From an uncultured Granulosicoccaceae bacterium (GTDB lineage: Bacteria; Pseudomonadota; Gammaproteobacteria; Granulosicoccales; Granulosicoccaceae): a stretch of DNA of 64,000 bases. The position numbers were made by a program, and so were the translations under genes. The notes beneath the pieces are model-generated. The model saw nothing but the letters and a program-made list of their open reading frames with translations, was not told the DNA's origin and made no database searches. Within the stretch, counting starts at the first letter, position 1. Each line of letters begins with the position of its first letter. The stretch lies in NCBI GenBank assembly GCA_964449565.1, contig CAYUZB010000007.1, positions 531-64,530 of the forward strand, in the 5' to 3' direction. Positions 19,783-29,564 of the stretch are shown piece after piece.

Positions 19783-20465
19783 GCAATAAACATCGCCAAA
19801 GTGGTTTATCTCTGATCGAGCTGATGATCGGCATGGTGTTGGGCTTGATCGTTATTGCAGCGGTTATCAACGTTTATACGGGTTCAAGCCGCTCTTCAAA
19901 ATTTACTACAGGCTTGCAAACCATGCAGGAGAATGGCCGCTATGGTTTGTCAGTGCTACAACGAGAATTTCGGCTAGCTGGCTATTCGCCTAGCGGCAAC
20001 ATTCAAACAATCAATCTTGGCAGTAGCTCGGATACCGCTATAACAGTGACAACGACTGCGGCTTACGATTGCAACGGACGCGATACAGTAGCAACGGGTG
20101 GTATTGCTGAGAACACTTATGCACTGAATGTTGATAACGAGCTGGTTTGTACGGGCAACGTTGTACCGACGGCGATGCCTGTTGTTGAAGGTGTAGAGGC
20201 ATTTCGTGTCTTGTATGGGCTTGACACTGATGGGGATCCGGACACGGATGAGCCACAGCGGTATGTCCCGTATGCATCAGTGTCGGATGTCTCAGAGATT
20301 GCAGCGCTGCGATTTGCCTTGCTCGTCAATTCCGGCACGTCGATACGCAGTCGCGTCCGCAATGAAACACATGTCGTGTTGGATCAGGAAGTTACCAGTA
20401 ACGATCGTTTTGCCCGCGAAGTCTTTACGACAACCGTAAAGCTGCGTAATCGTCGTGAAAACTAG
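19779..20465 (+). CDS. pilW: type IV pilus minor pilin PilW
   Basis: Leader MSNKHRQSG|LSLIELMIGMVLGLIVIAAVINVY. ATGA overlap with pilV. Confidence 0.8.
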   Translation: MSNKHRQSGLSLIELMIGMVLGLIVIAAVINVYTGSSRSSKFTTGLQTMQENGRYGLSVLQREFRLAGYSPSGNIQTINLGSSSDTAITVTTTAAYDCNGRDTVATGGIAENTYALNVDNELVCTGNVVPTAMPVVEGVEAFRVLYGLDTDGDPDTDEPQRYVPYASVSDVSEIAALRFALLVNSGTSIRSRVRNETHVVLDQEVTSNDRFAREVFTTTVKLRNRREN

Positions 20466-20483
20466 AACAAGATAAACGCGAGG

Positions 20484-21026
20484 GTGGTGATGATAAAAAC
20501 CAGACAAAAGCAGGAAGGTGTTGCACTGGTAGTAAGCCTCGTGCTGCTGGTCGCAGTGACCATTCTGGGTATTACGACCTTGTCCGGTACCCGCCTGAAT
20601 CACAAGATCACCAGTAACTCGCAAAACAAGGCCATTGCCTTCGAGGTTGCCGAATCTGGTCTTGCAGCAGTTTGGCGTCAGGATTACTTGTTGGCGTCGA
20701 TCAAGGATAGCAGTAATGCCTTGAACGATCCGGTTCCACTTGTGCGCCCTGACGCTGATACCGGCATGAATACAGAGTTTGATATCACTGGCGGCCATGG
20801 CTCAACTGATATCGAGGGTGTATTGACGGTTCAGTATTGTGGGGAAGGTCAGCCTGTGGGCTCCAGTTTGAACGCTGATAAATCGAATCCAGGAACGGTC
20901 TATCTGCTGGTTGACGTAAACAGTGTTGCCACAATAAACAATACTGCGACACAAGCAGATCACGTTCAGCGAGCTGGGATTTCATCACCTAGTACTGGTC
21001 GTACAGGTGCTTGCACTACTCGTTAA
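20484..21026 (+). CDS. pilX: type IV pilus minor pilin PilX
   Basis: PilX-N type N-terminus QEGVALVVSLVLLVAVTILGITTLSG...AFEVAESGL. Confidence 0.7.
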   Translation: MVMIKTRQKQEGVALVVSLVLLVAVTILGITTLSGTRLNHKITSNSQNKAIAFEVAESGLAAVWRQDYLLASIKDSSNALNDPVPLVRPDADTGMNTEFDITGGHGSTDIEGVLTVQYCGEGQPVGSSLNADKSNPGTVYLLVDVNSVATINNTATQADHVQRAGISSPSTGRTGACTTR

Positions 21027-21073
21027 TAATACGTCGTTAACCAATTCTCGACGAGGCTTGTCAAGGACAAAAA

Positions 21074-21502
21074 ATGTTGAATAAAAGTAAAAATGACAAA
21101 GGCTTTACACTAATTGAATTGATGATAACGATCGGTATCATCGGTATTCTTCTCGCCGTAGCCATACCTAGCTATTCGTCCTATTTGCAGGATTCGCGCA
21201 GAACGGATGCGGTTACCGTATTACTTGAAGTTGCCGGAGAACAGGAACGTTTCTTTGCGGAGAACAACAGTTACGCGGCGACTATGGCAGATCTTGGCTA
21301 TGGCACCGGTACGCAGAACAGCTACGCATCGCAAGAAGGTCATTACAATGTGTCGGTATCTGCTCAAACTGCCAGGACTTACACGCTGACGGCTACCCCA
21401 GTGGCAAACGGCGCACAAGCTAGCGATGCGTGCGGCAATTTCATGGTAACCAGCACTGGTGGCAGGTCGGTTACGGGCACTGCGACAGATTGCTGGCGAT
21501 AA
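21074..21502 (+). CDS. pilE: type IV pilin PilE-like
   Basis: Leader [10 protein letters not shown]|[27 protein letters not shown]; 142 aa with a C-terminal Cys pair. Confidence 0.8.
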   Translation: MLNKSKNDKGFTLIELMITIGIIGILLAVAIPSYSSYLQDSRRTDAVTVLLEVAGEQERFFAENNSYAATMADLGYGTGTQNSYASQEGHYNVSVSAQTARTYTLTATPVANGAQASDACGNFMVTSTGGRSVTGTATDCWR

Positions 21503-21509
21503 GATTCCC

Positions 21510-21535
21510 GGGCCTCACAGGAGGCCCTTGTTTTG
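21510..21535 (+). terminator. rho-independent terminator after pilE
   Basis: GGGCCTC-ACAG-GAGGCCC stem-loop followed by TTGTTTTG. Confidence 0.75.
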
Positions 21536-21539
21536 CGCC

Positions 21540-23132
21540 TCAAACGATTCCCTGGCTCTCCAGATATTCCTCATAGTTACCGCGATAGTCAGTAATACCG
21601 TTCTCTGAGAGTTCCACGACACGGTTGGCCAGTGAGCTGACGAATTCACGATCGTGGCTGACGAAAATAACGGTACCCTGGTAAAGATCAACCGCCAGGT
21701 TCAACGATTCGATCGATTCCATATCCAGATGATTTGTCGGTTCGTCGAGGATCATCACATTCGGTGATTGCAACATCATCTTGCCGAACAACAGTCTCCC
21801 TTGTTCACCGCCAGAAACCACATTGACGGGCTTTTTGATGTCGTCCTTACCGAACAAGAGTCGGCCGAGAATGCCACGGATTTCCTGTTCATCGTGGTTC
21901 TCATTGCCCCACTGGCTCATCCAGTCAAAGATCGGTACCGGTTTGGAAAAATCTTCGGCATGATCTTGTGCGAAATAGCCAATTTTGGCATTCTCAGCCC
22001 ATTTGATCGAGCCTGATGACTGCTCCAGTGCGCTGGCCAGAAGCCGTACCAGGGTTGTCTTGCCGATACCATTCGGGCCGATGACGGCGACCTTGTCACC
22101 CGCTTCGAGCATAAGATTAAGGTTCTTCAGAACATCAAGATTCTCGTAGGAGTGACTGAGGTTCTCCAGCTCCACAGCGTTTCTGAAGAGCTTCTTTTCC
22201 ATATCAAAGCGGATATAAGGATTTTGCCGGCTCGATGGTTTCATCTTCTCGATGGACAGTTTCTCGATCTGTTTCTGTCGAGATGTCGCCTGACGCGCCT
22301 TTGATTTGTTCGCCTTAAAGCGCTGAACAAAGGCCTGAAGATCAGCGACCTGGGCTTTCTTCTTGGCGTTGTCCGCATACTGACGCTCGCGAGCCTGCGT
22401 CGATGCCAGCATGAAGTCGTCATAGTTACCGGGATAGATCTTGATCTCGCCATAATCAAGGTCAGCCATGTGGGTACAGACGCTATTAAGAAAATGACGA
22501 TCATGTGAAATGATGATCATCGTACTGTTTCTTTCGTTAAGCACACCTTCCAACCAACGAATCGTGTTGATGTCGAGATTGTTGGTAGGCTCATCGAGTA
22601 ACAACAAATCCGGATCAGCAAACAGGGCTTGTACGAGTAGTACTCTGAGTTTGTCTCCCGGCGCGACTTCACTCATCTTCACGGTGTGTTGTTCCAAAGG
22701 AATGGAGGCGCCGAGCAGCAATTCGCCAGCACGTGCTTCAGCGGAGTAGCCGTCAAGTTCAGCGAACTGAACTTCAAGTTCCGCCACACGCATACCATCG
22801 TCTTCGCTCATTTCGGGCATCGCATAGATACGATCGCGTTCTTCCTTGATGGTCCAGAGTTCCTGATGTCCCATGATGACGGTGTCGAGAACAGTAAATT
22901 CTTCATAGCCGAACTGATCCTGCTTGAGCATCGCCATGCGGACATCGGGCAACAAGGTGACCGTGCCTGACGTTGACTCGAGGTCGCCGCCGAGAATTTT
23001 CATGAAGGTAGACTTGCCACTGCCGTTGGCACCGATCAGGCCATAGCGATTGCCTTCGCCAAACTTGATGGAGACATTTTCGAACAGGGGTTTGGCGCCA
23101 AACTGGATGGTGAGATTTGCTGTTGAGATCAC
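21540..23132 (-). CDS. ABC-F family ATPase (YbiT-like)
   Basis: Two ABC cassettes (GANGSGKST...[11 protein letters not shown]; GPNGIGKTT...[11 protein letters not shown]) and no TM. I prefer GTG at 23132 ([17 protein letters not shown], matching the usual N-terminus). The track ATG at 23168 adds 12 aa and overlaps the divergent gene. Confidence 0.85.
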   Translation of the reverse strand: MISTANLTIQFGAKPLFENVSIKFGEGNRYGLIGANGSGKSTFMKILGGDLESTSGTVTLLPDVRMAMLKQDQFGYEEFTVLDTVIMGHQELWTIKEERDRIYAMPEMSEDDGMRVAELEVQFAELDGYSAEARAGELLLGASIPLEQHTVKMSEVAPGDKLRVLLVQALFADPDLLLLDEPTNNLDINTIRWLEGVLNERNSTMIIISHDRHFLNSVCTHMADLDYGEIKIYPGNYDDFMLASTQARERQYADNAKKKAQVADLQAFVQRFKANKSKARQATSRQKQIEKLSIEKMKPSSRQNPYIRFDMEKKLFRNAVELENLSHSYENLDVLKNLNLMLEAGDKVAVIGPNGIGKTTLVRLLASALEQSSGSIKWAENAKIGYFAQDHAEDFSKPVPIFDWMSQWGNENHDEQEIRGILGRLLFGKDDIKKPVNVVSGGEQGRLLFGKMMLQSPNVMILDEPTNHLDMESIESLNLAVDLYQGTVIFVSHDREFVSSLANRVVELSENGITDYRGNYEEYLESQGIV

Positions 23133-23210
23133 TTGAGTGTTACTGCCGAGACAGACAAAGTCGAGCATTGTATCCTACCCATCCCGCCTGATAATCTTCT
23201 GACTGGCAAA

Positions 23211-24101
23211 ATGCCCGTGCGTCAAGGTCTCTTACCGGGGGTACTGGGCATTGTCGCGTTCGCGCTGACCTTGCCGTTTACACGAATAGCCGTGCTCGAA
23301 TCGAGTCCGCTGGATGTGTTTACCCTGCGTCTTTTCATCGCCTCAGCAGTCGCGGCTCTCGTATTGTGGCTGGCTCGAACGCCATTCCCACCGCGCCAGA
23401 CTTGGCTGATGCTCAGCCTGGTTGTGCTCGGTGTGGTGTTCGGATTCCCGCTGTTTACGTCACTGGCCATGCGCAGCGAAGCCTCGGCTCACGGTGGGGT
23501 CGTACTCGGCATCCTGCCTCTGGCAACCGCCTTGGCGGCTAACGTCATGCACAGGGAAAGGCCAACAGCTGCATTCTGGGTGACTGCACTGGTTGGCAGT
23601 ACTCTGGTCGTAGTGTTTTCTCTGACAGGGGGCGCAGCCGCTACAGGTGTCGGCATCAGTCACGGCGATATCTATCTTTTTCTGGCGATAGTGTCGGCGA
23701 GCATTGGCTATGCTGCAGGCGGTGGTTTGTCGCGGATATTGCCAGCCTGGCAGGTCATCAGTTGGGCACTAGCCGTATCTCTGCCGGCAGGTTTGCTACT
23801 GCTCCTTACTGTCGATTTCGCGAGCCTGCGCCAATCGGATTCCGCTTTCAAGCTCACAGGCTCCCTTTTATATCTGGGACTCATCAGTCAGTACGGTGGT
23901 TTTCTACTCTGGTATCGCGCATTGGCTCTCGATGGCGTAGCCCGTGCCAGTCAGATCCAGTTGTCGCAGCCTTTCCTGACGCTTATTGGTGCCTGGCTGT
24001 TGTTGGGTGAGTCAATCGATGTCGTCACGATCGTGTTCGCCGTACTTATTCTGTTGACCATCGTGATATCCCGACAAGTCAGGATTGTCCAGCCGTCATG
24101 A
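23211..24101 (+). CDS. EamA/DMT family transporter
   Basis: About 10 TM helices. I prefer the start at MPVRQGLLPGVLGIVAF; the track start at 23133 overlaps the divergent ABC-F gene. Confidence 0.75.
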   Translation: MPVRQGLLPGVLGIVAFALTLPFTRIAVLESSPLDVFTLRLFIASAVAALVLWLARTPFPPRQTWLMLSLVVLGVVFGFPLFTSLAMRSEASAHGGVVLGILPLATALAANVMHRERPTAAFWVTALVGSTLVVVFSLTGGAAATGVGISHGDIYLFLAIVSASIGYAAGGGLSRILPAWQVISWALAVSLPAGLLLLLTVDFASLRQSDSAFKLTGSLLYLGLISQYGGFLLWYRALALDGVARASQIQLSQPFLTLIGAWLLLGESIDVVTIVFAVLILLTIVISRQVRIVQPS

Positions 24102-24994
24102 TGATGCAAAGTAGCTTCTACTATGTGCTGGCCGTGCTCATTTGGGGTTCGACCTGGTTTGCGATTCGATTTCAGTTAGGCGTGGTCGATGAGTCTGTCT
24201 CGCTGGTTTATCGCTTCGGACTGGCCGCCGTATTGCTGTTGGGCTGGTGCCTGCTAAGAGGCTTTTCACTGCGCTTTCGGTGGCGCGATCATATCGCGAT
24301 GGCTGCTCAGGGCGCGTGCCTGTTCAGTATCAATTATCTGCTTTTCTACTGGTGTACCGGCCTTATAACTTCCGGGCTGGTGGCGGTCATTTTTTCTACC
24401 GTGATTGTCATGAATATTGTTAATGGCGCGGTGTTTTTGAAGCGCAGTATCAACCCGCTTGTGTTGCTGGCTGCAGTCATTGGGCTGATTGGTATCGTGA
24501 TGGTGTTTTGGGACGAAATCAGCAGCACTCAAGACACGCGACAAGAAGATGTTCTTGTCGGTCTTGGCATCGGCCTTGTTGCAACCTATTTCGCTTCGCT
24601 GGGTAATATTCTGTCGGCGCGTAATCAGGCAGCGGGTTTGCCCGTTATGCAAAGCAATGCAATTGGTATGGCCTATGGTGCAATTCTGATGACCTTATAC
24701 GCCATGGTTACAGGCACGAGCTTCGCCATGGATTGGTCGATGCCATATATTGCATCGCTGATCTATCTCAGTGTCTTCGGTTCAATCATTGCGTTTGGCG
24801 CCTACCTTAGCTTGATCGGCCAGATTGGTGCAGATCGCGCCGCTTACGCGACGGTGTTGTTCCCGATCGTGGCGCTCTTGATCAGCAGTGTCTTCGAAGG
24901 CTTTGAGTGGACAGCGCTTTCACTGGCAGGCATGGCGCTGGTGCTTGCCGGTAATGTGTTGATCGTGGGACGGAAAACCCTGTTACGTCGATAA
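24098..24994 (+). CDS. EamA/DMT family transporter (second, tandem)
   Basis: 298 aa, 10 TM-like segments, ATGA overlap with the previous gene. Confidence 0.8.
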   Translation: MMMQSSFYYVLAVLIWGSTWFAIRFQLGVVDESVSLVYRFGLAAVLLLGWCLLRGFSLRFRWRDHIAMAAQGACLFSINYLLFYWCTGLITSGLVAVIFSTVIVMNIVNGAVFLKRSINPLVLLAAVIGLIGIVMVFWDEISSTQDTRQEDVLVGLGIGLVATYFASLGNILSARNQAAGLPVMQSNAIGMAYGAILMTLYAMVTGTSFAMDWSMPYIASLIYLSVFGSIIAFGAYLSLIGQIGADRAAYATVLFPIVALLISSVFEGFEWTALSLAGMALVLAGNVLIVGRKTLLRR

Positions 24995-25009
24995 TCGATA
25001 CGTCGGTTA

Positions 25010-25038
25010 CGGGCTGAGCACTTTAAGTGCCCAGCCCG
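25010..25038. terminator. strong intergenic hairpin between convergent genes (terminator-like)
   Basis: CGGGCTGAGCAC-TTTAA-GTGCCCAGCCCG, 12 bp with one mismatch. There is only a short T run, so intrinsic-terminator status is uncertain. Confidence 0.5.
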
Positions 25039-25045
25039 TTTGCCA

Positions 25046-25249
25046 TCAGTCTTTCAAGATAAAAGAGACTTTCATGGTGACGCGATACTCGGCAATCTTG
25101 CCGTCATCGACTATCGCTTTTTGCTCCTTGATCCAGACACTCTTGACGTTCTTCAGGGACTTGTTGGCTCGCTTGACGCCTTGCTCAACGGCATCGTCGA
25201 ATCCCTTCGTGGAAGAGGCGATAATTTCGGTGACTTTTGCTACTGACAT
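25046..25249 (-). CDS. dodecin family flavin-binding protein
   Basis: 67 aa from MSVAKVTEIIASSTKGFDDAVEQGVKRANKSLKNVKSVWIKEQKAIVDDGKIAEYRVTMKVSFIL, matching the dodecin fold pattern. Confidence 0.8.
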   Translation of the reverse strand: MSVAKVTEIIASSTKGFDDAVEQGVKRANKSLKNVKSVWIKEQKAIVDDGKIAEYRVTMKVSFILKD

Positions 25250-25351
25250 CGTTTTTCCCTTTTTGGATGATAATGTTCGGAACTGCAAACTTCGGACTCA
25301 GTGTACTGAATTCTGAGGCCATAATTTAAGTTCCTGTGAGGATGCTCGACC

Positions 25352-26518
25352 ATGGAAATGCCCGTTTCGGCACAGCCGTTCAATTTTGATCAAGTCATCT
25401 CGCGTAAGGATACCGCGAGTTTGAAATGGGATAAATACCGGAATCAGGATATATTGCCGTTCTGGGTGGCCGATATGGACTTTGAAATGGCGCCTGTCAT
25501 TCATCAGTCGCTAATTGAACGTTTGCAGCACCGGGTTCTCGGTTACACCGTGGTCCCCGACGGCCTGATTGAAGCCGTACAAAAACATCTTGTCGACGAA
25601 TACGGCTGGTCAATCGACCCGGACTGGGTGGTTTGGATTCCAGGCGTTGTAGCGGGATTGGCAGCAAGCTGTCGTGCCTATTGTCCGGACGGTGGGGAGA
25701 TACTTGTCAACCCACCTATCTATCATCACTTTTATGATTCGCATTTGTCCGATCGGCAAAAATTGACAAAGGTGCCGATGCACAAGGTTGGAGATCGATG
25801 GACCTATGACATTGATGCAATGGAGAAAGCCATCAATGCGAATACAAAAATGTTCCTCATGTGTACGCCACATAATCCAACAGGGCGCGTGTTTACCCAA
25901 GATGAGCTCAGCAAGGTTGTTGCATTATGCAAGCAACATGGGGTTGTGATTATTTCTGACGAAATTCATTGCGATCTGGTGATCGATCCCGATGTGCGGC
26001 ATATTCCTACCGCCATGGCAGCGCCTGACTATTCTGATCATATGGTTACATTGATGAGTGGTAGCAAAACATGGAATCTCGCAGGGCTCAATTGTTCGTT
26101 TGCCATTATCAGCGATACGGAGTTACGCGATCAGTTTCGCGCTGCCCGTCAGTCAATCGTACCTTTGGTTCCACCACTGGCTTTTGAAGCAACCCGTGCA
26201 GCCTATGCCGAGGGCGGGCCATGGAGACAAGCCTTATTACGATATCTGGCAGGAAACTACGCTTACCTGAAACAGGAATTCGCAACCATAAACGGTGTGC
26301 GCCTCGAGCCCATTCAGGCAACTTATCTGGCCTGGATTGACGCAACAGAGCTTGGCCTTGATGACACGCAAGGTTTTTTTGAAAAACACGGTGTCGGTTT
26401 ATCCAATGGGGAACAGTTTGGTCAAGCTCAGTTTGTGCGGCTCAATTTTGCCTGTCCTCGTGCAACGCTCGAGGAAGGCGTGTTACGTATTCGCAAGGCC
26501 GTTGCTGGTCTCGCCTGA
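25352..26518 (+). CDS. PLP-dependent C-S lyase (MalY/PatB family, aminotransferase class I/II)
   Basis: 388 aa with PLP-lysine context SGSKTWNLAGL and N-terminal FDQVISRKDTASLKWDKY, typical of MalY/PatB. Confidence 0.8.
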   Translation: MEMPVSAQPFNFDQVISRKDTASLKWDKYRNQDILPFWVADMDFEMAPVIHQSLIERLQHRVLGYTVVPDGLIEAVQKHLVDEYGWSIDPDWVVWIPGVVAGLAASCRAYCPDGGEILVNPPIYHHFYDSHLSDRQKLTKVPMHKVGDRWTYDIDAMEKAINANTKMFLMCTPHNPTGRVFTQDELSKVVALCKQHGVVIISDEIHCDLVIDPDVRHIPTAMAAPDYSDHMVTLMSGSKTWNLAGLNCSFAIISDTELRDQFRAARQSIVPLVPPLAFEATRAAYAEGGPWRQALLRYLAGNYAYLKQEFATINGVRLEPIQATYLAWIDATELGLDDTQGFFEKHGVGLSNGEQFGQAQFVRLNFACPRATLEEGVLRIRKAVAGLA

Positions 26519-26597
26519 GCAACTCACGGTATTGTAGTTCGCGTCATTGTTGGTAGCGCAATGATTGACTATCCACGGTTTCGATGTGCTGATTTAT

Positions 26598-27260
26598 TTA
26601 TGTGCGCTCTGGTAGCTTCATCTTGCCCTCATCAATAGCCTTGATCAGGTTCATCGTCATGCGCGCTGAGGCACCCCACAAAACTTCACCGTCATAGGGT
26701 TCATAGACGATGATGGGGTGTCGTCTTGCGGTGTCCGGATCCAATTCATCGCGGCCACGCAATGTGAAGTTATCGCGCTGGGTCAGCCATTGGAGTGGAA
26801 TGGTAAAAGCCCGAGACACTTCACTTTGCTGCAAGGTCAGGGGTTGTGGCCATTCAACCGTACCGACAACCGGGGTTACCTTGTAATAGCTGATGGTTGT
26901 GTAGTCGTATAGCCTTCCCAGCAGGCTGACCTTGCTCGGATGCACACCGATCTCCTCGTGGGCCTCACGCAAGGCAGTTTCCTCGGCGCTGGTGTCCGCG
27001 GGGTCTTTGCGCCCACCAGGAAAGGCGACCTGACCACTGTGTCGGTCTTTGTCGTTACTGGCGCGCCGGATAAACAACAGTTGCCATGTCGCATCGTGCC
27101 AAACTAGTGGCATCAGCACGGCAGCTTCACGCAAGGGTTTGGCGGGAAGGTGATCGTGGGGGATGTCGGAGTCCTTGTGCAGGCCTTCGTCACCTTGAAC
27201 TGGCAATTTACTGAGTTTGTCGTGCATCAGTTCAGTATAGTGTGCGCTGTTGCAGCCCAT
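26598..27260 (-). CDS. CoA pyrophosphatase (Nudix hydrolase, NudL-like)
   Basis: LLFIRRASNDKDRHSGQVAFPGGRKDP plus Nudix box EETALREAHEEIG. Confidence 0.8.
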   Translation of the reverse strand: MGCNSAHYTELMHDKLSKLPVQGDEGLHKDSDIPHDHLPAKPLREAAVLMPLVWHDATWQLLFIRRASNDKDRHSGQVAFPGGRKDPADTSAEETALREAHEEIGVHPSKVSLLGRLYDYTTISYYKVTPVVGTVEWPQPLTLQQSEVSRAFTIPLQWLTQRDNFTLRGRDELDPDTARRHPIIVYEPYDGEVLWGASARMTMNLIKAIDEGKMKLPERT

Positions 27261-27280
27261 GAGTATTCAAGAGAAGAAAC

Positions 27281-27889
27281 ATGCATATCGATCTGGCCAG
27301 TCTCAGTCCTCTGGAAATCTATGCGGCCATGACACAAACGATTGTGCCGCGTCCGGTCGCATGGATACTGACAGAAAATGAAAACGCCAGTTTCAATCTG
27401 GCGCCCTATTCCTATTTCAATGCCATCAGCAGTGTGCCGCCGATGGGTATTGTGTCAGTGACCATCGCACCTGATCGCGATATAAAGGACACGCGTCATA
27501 ATCTCGAAACGCGCGGTGACTGCGTCATTCACATTGCCCACAAGGAGATGGCGGCGGCAATGACGGCGTCGTCCGCGTCGATCGATCGCGATGTGTCGGA
27601 GGTCAGCGAACTTGGACTTGAGACGGTGGCAATGCCGGGTTCTCGATTGCCGCGGCTTAAAGACGCACGGGTGGCTTATGCAGGAAAGCTTGTCGATACC
27701 AAAATGATCAATCGTCAGTGGCTTGCGTTCATTGAATTCACGGATATCCATATTGCCGACGAACTTGTTAGCGAAGATGCCAAGGGGCGGCTCAAAGTCG
27801 ATGCCGCGAAGCTCGATCCAATCGGGCGTCTCGGGGGTGGCGAATATGTTACGGCTGGTGAAGTCATCTATATCGAGCGCCCCGCTTGA
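27281..27889 (+). CDS. flavin reductase-like domain protein
   Basis: IVPRPVAWILTENENASFNLAPYSYFN, typical of the flavin reductase family. Confidence 0.75.
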   Translation: MHIDLASLSPLEIYAAMTQTIVPRPVAWILTENENASFNLAPYSYFNAISSVPPMGIVSVTIAPDRDIKDTRHNLETRGDCVIHIAHKEMAAAMTASSASIDRDVSEVSELGLETVAMPGSRLPRLKDARVAYAGKLVDTKMINRQWLAFIEFTDIHIADELVSEDAKGRLKVDAAKLDPIGRLGGGEYVTAGEVIYIERPA

Positions 27890-28566
27890 AAATCTCTAGA
27901 ACAATCAGGTTTGGCTTGCTTGTACTGGCGGTTCTTTTATTAGTCGTGATGTGGTCGTTTCTGCCCTTGGGTGAATGGATCGAAGGGTTTCGTTTGTGGA
28001 TTATCGATCTCGGCTTGGTGGGTGTCCTTGCCTTTGTTCTCGCTTATGTCATTTTGACGGTGGTTCTCGGTCCGGCTACGGCTTTGACCTTGACCGCCGG
28101 GCTGGCCTACGGTTTCTGGGGATTCTTTTTAGTCGTGGCATCGGCGACCTTGGCCGCAGCAGTTGCTTTTTTATTGGGACGTTATCTTGCGCATCAACGT
28201 GTACTTGACATGATCGAGCGAGATTCACGCATGAAATCATTGCATCAGGCGTTCAGTGACGAAGGTTGGCGTGTTGTGGTCTTGCTTCGCCTGAGCCCGC
28301 TGATTCCCTATGGCATGCAGAATTACTTGTTTTCCGTCACCAATATCGGGTTTCTACCTTATGTGGTGGCAACATTGGTCGGCATCATGCCTGCCACGGC
28401 CTTGTATGTTTATATCGGCTCGCTTGGCGCTAGTGCCAGCGGTGAGGGAGGGCCCTTGAAGTGGGCGTTGATTGTCGGCGGCTTGATAGCGACGGCGATT
28501 GTTGCCTGGCTGATTGGCAAGCGGGCGCAGCAAGTATTGGCGCGTCACGAGCAGGGAAAGAATTGA
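27886..28566 (+). CDS. TVP38/TMEM64 (DedA-related) membrane protein
   Basis: 226 aa, multi-TM, with RLSPLIPYGMQNYLFSVT motif. TTG start overlaps the previous stop. Confidence 0.75.
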   Translation: MKISRTIRFGLLVLAVLLLVVMWSFLPLGEWIEGFRLWIIDLGLVGVLAFVLAYVILTVVLGPATALTLTAGLAYGFWGFFLVVASATLAAAVAFLLGRYLAHQRVLDMIERDSRMKSLHQAFSDEGWRVVVLLRLSPLIPYGMQNYLFSVTNIGFLPYVVATLVGIMPATALYVYIGSLGASASGEGGPLKWALIVGGLIATAIVAWLIGKRAQQVLARHEQGKN

Positions 28567-29564
28567 CGCTCTTCAAGGTGCTCAAGTAATGCCTCTTTGC
28601 AGAAGCTCATCATCCGTTTTTCATCGTTTATCGGATAAGTGACCAGGCCATCTTCTCGCTGTTCAGTGTTGCTTGCCAATAGCGTTGACTTTGGGTAAAG
28701 CTGCACCAGCTTTTTGTGAAAGCCTTTAGGTAGTCTGAAGACGCCAAGGCTGGCTGAATGGACGGCACTTGCATCTATGGCTGCAAATACTTCTTTGAAA
28801 AATTGACCATAGATCTCATCGAAGTTATCAGCATAGAGTAGTGGGTCAAAACGCAAGCCAATTTTCCAGCCGGCTTGCTGCAGTTTTCCCAGTGATTCGA
28901 GGCGTCGTTTGAGTGTCGGTGCCTGGTGCTCTTCAGCAGCGGCGATTGCCGATGGCGACAAACTGTAGGCAACGACAACATTGGGTAATGGTTTACGTGC
29001 CAGAAGCGGGCGTATTTGTGTGCTCTTTGTACGCAGCTCCAGGTGCGCCTTTGGTGTGCGCGCGAAGAAGTCGAGGCATTCATCCGTGAAGCCGGTGATT
29101 GGGTCAAGTGCCAATGAGTCGCAGTCGTAACCAGAAAAGAACCAGCTTGGTTCCGACGATTCATCACTGATTGATTTGATGTCCGAGAAAAAGTCGTTTG
29201 TGTTGACAAAGACGACATAATTGGCTGAGCGATACATTCCCTGCAGAAAACAGTAACGGCAATCGTAGATGCAATTGAGCATATGCGAGAAGTAGAAATT
29301 GCGATTGCCGCCGATATGATAGCCAGGAGGGGTTGGCAAGGTGCGCTTGCCGGATTTCTCAGCCAGAATCAAGGCGGGATGTTGCTTTTGCTCGCGGAAA
29401 TTCTGATTTGTTGCATTGAACACATCAGAATAGCGTTCGATGTTGACGCGGCGTGCATCAGGAAATCGCGCAAGTATGGAGAGTGTACGTGTATGCTCCA
29501 GCACGCGTTTTTCGATATAGATCGTATCGATCATGAATTCAGTATCGTGTGCCGATATTGTCAA
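28545..29564 (-). CDS. radical SAM protein, spore-photoproduct-lyase (SplB)-like family
   Basis: CxxxCxxC cluster motif NCIYDCRYCFLQGMY, 339 aa. The alternative start MIDTIY (29534) would remove the 26-nt overlap with the upstream gene. Confidence 0.65.
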   Translation of the reverse strand: MTISAHDTEFMIDTIYIEKRVLEHTRTLSILARFPDARRVNIERYSDVFNATNQNFREQKQHPALILAEKSGKRTLPTPPGYHIGGNRNFYFSHMLNCIYDCRYCFLQGMYRSANYVVFVNTNDFFSDIKSISDESSEPSWFFSGYDCDSLALDPITGFTDECLDFFARTPKAHLELRTKSTQIRPLLARKPLPNVVVAYSLSPSAIAAAEEHQAPTLKRRLESLGKLQQAGWKIGLRFDPLLYADNFDEIYGQFFKEVFAAIDASAVHSASLGVFRLPKGFHKKLVQLYPKSTLLASNTEQREDGLVTYPINDEKRMMSFCKEALLEHLEERQFFPCS

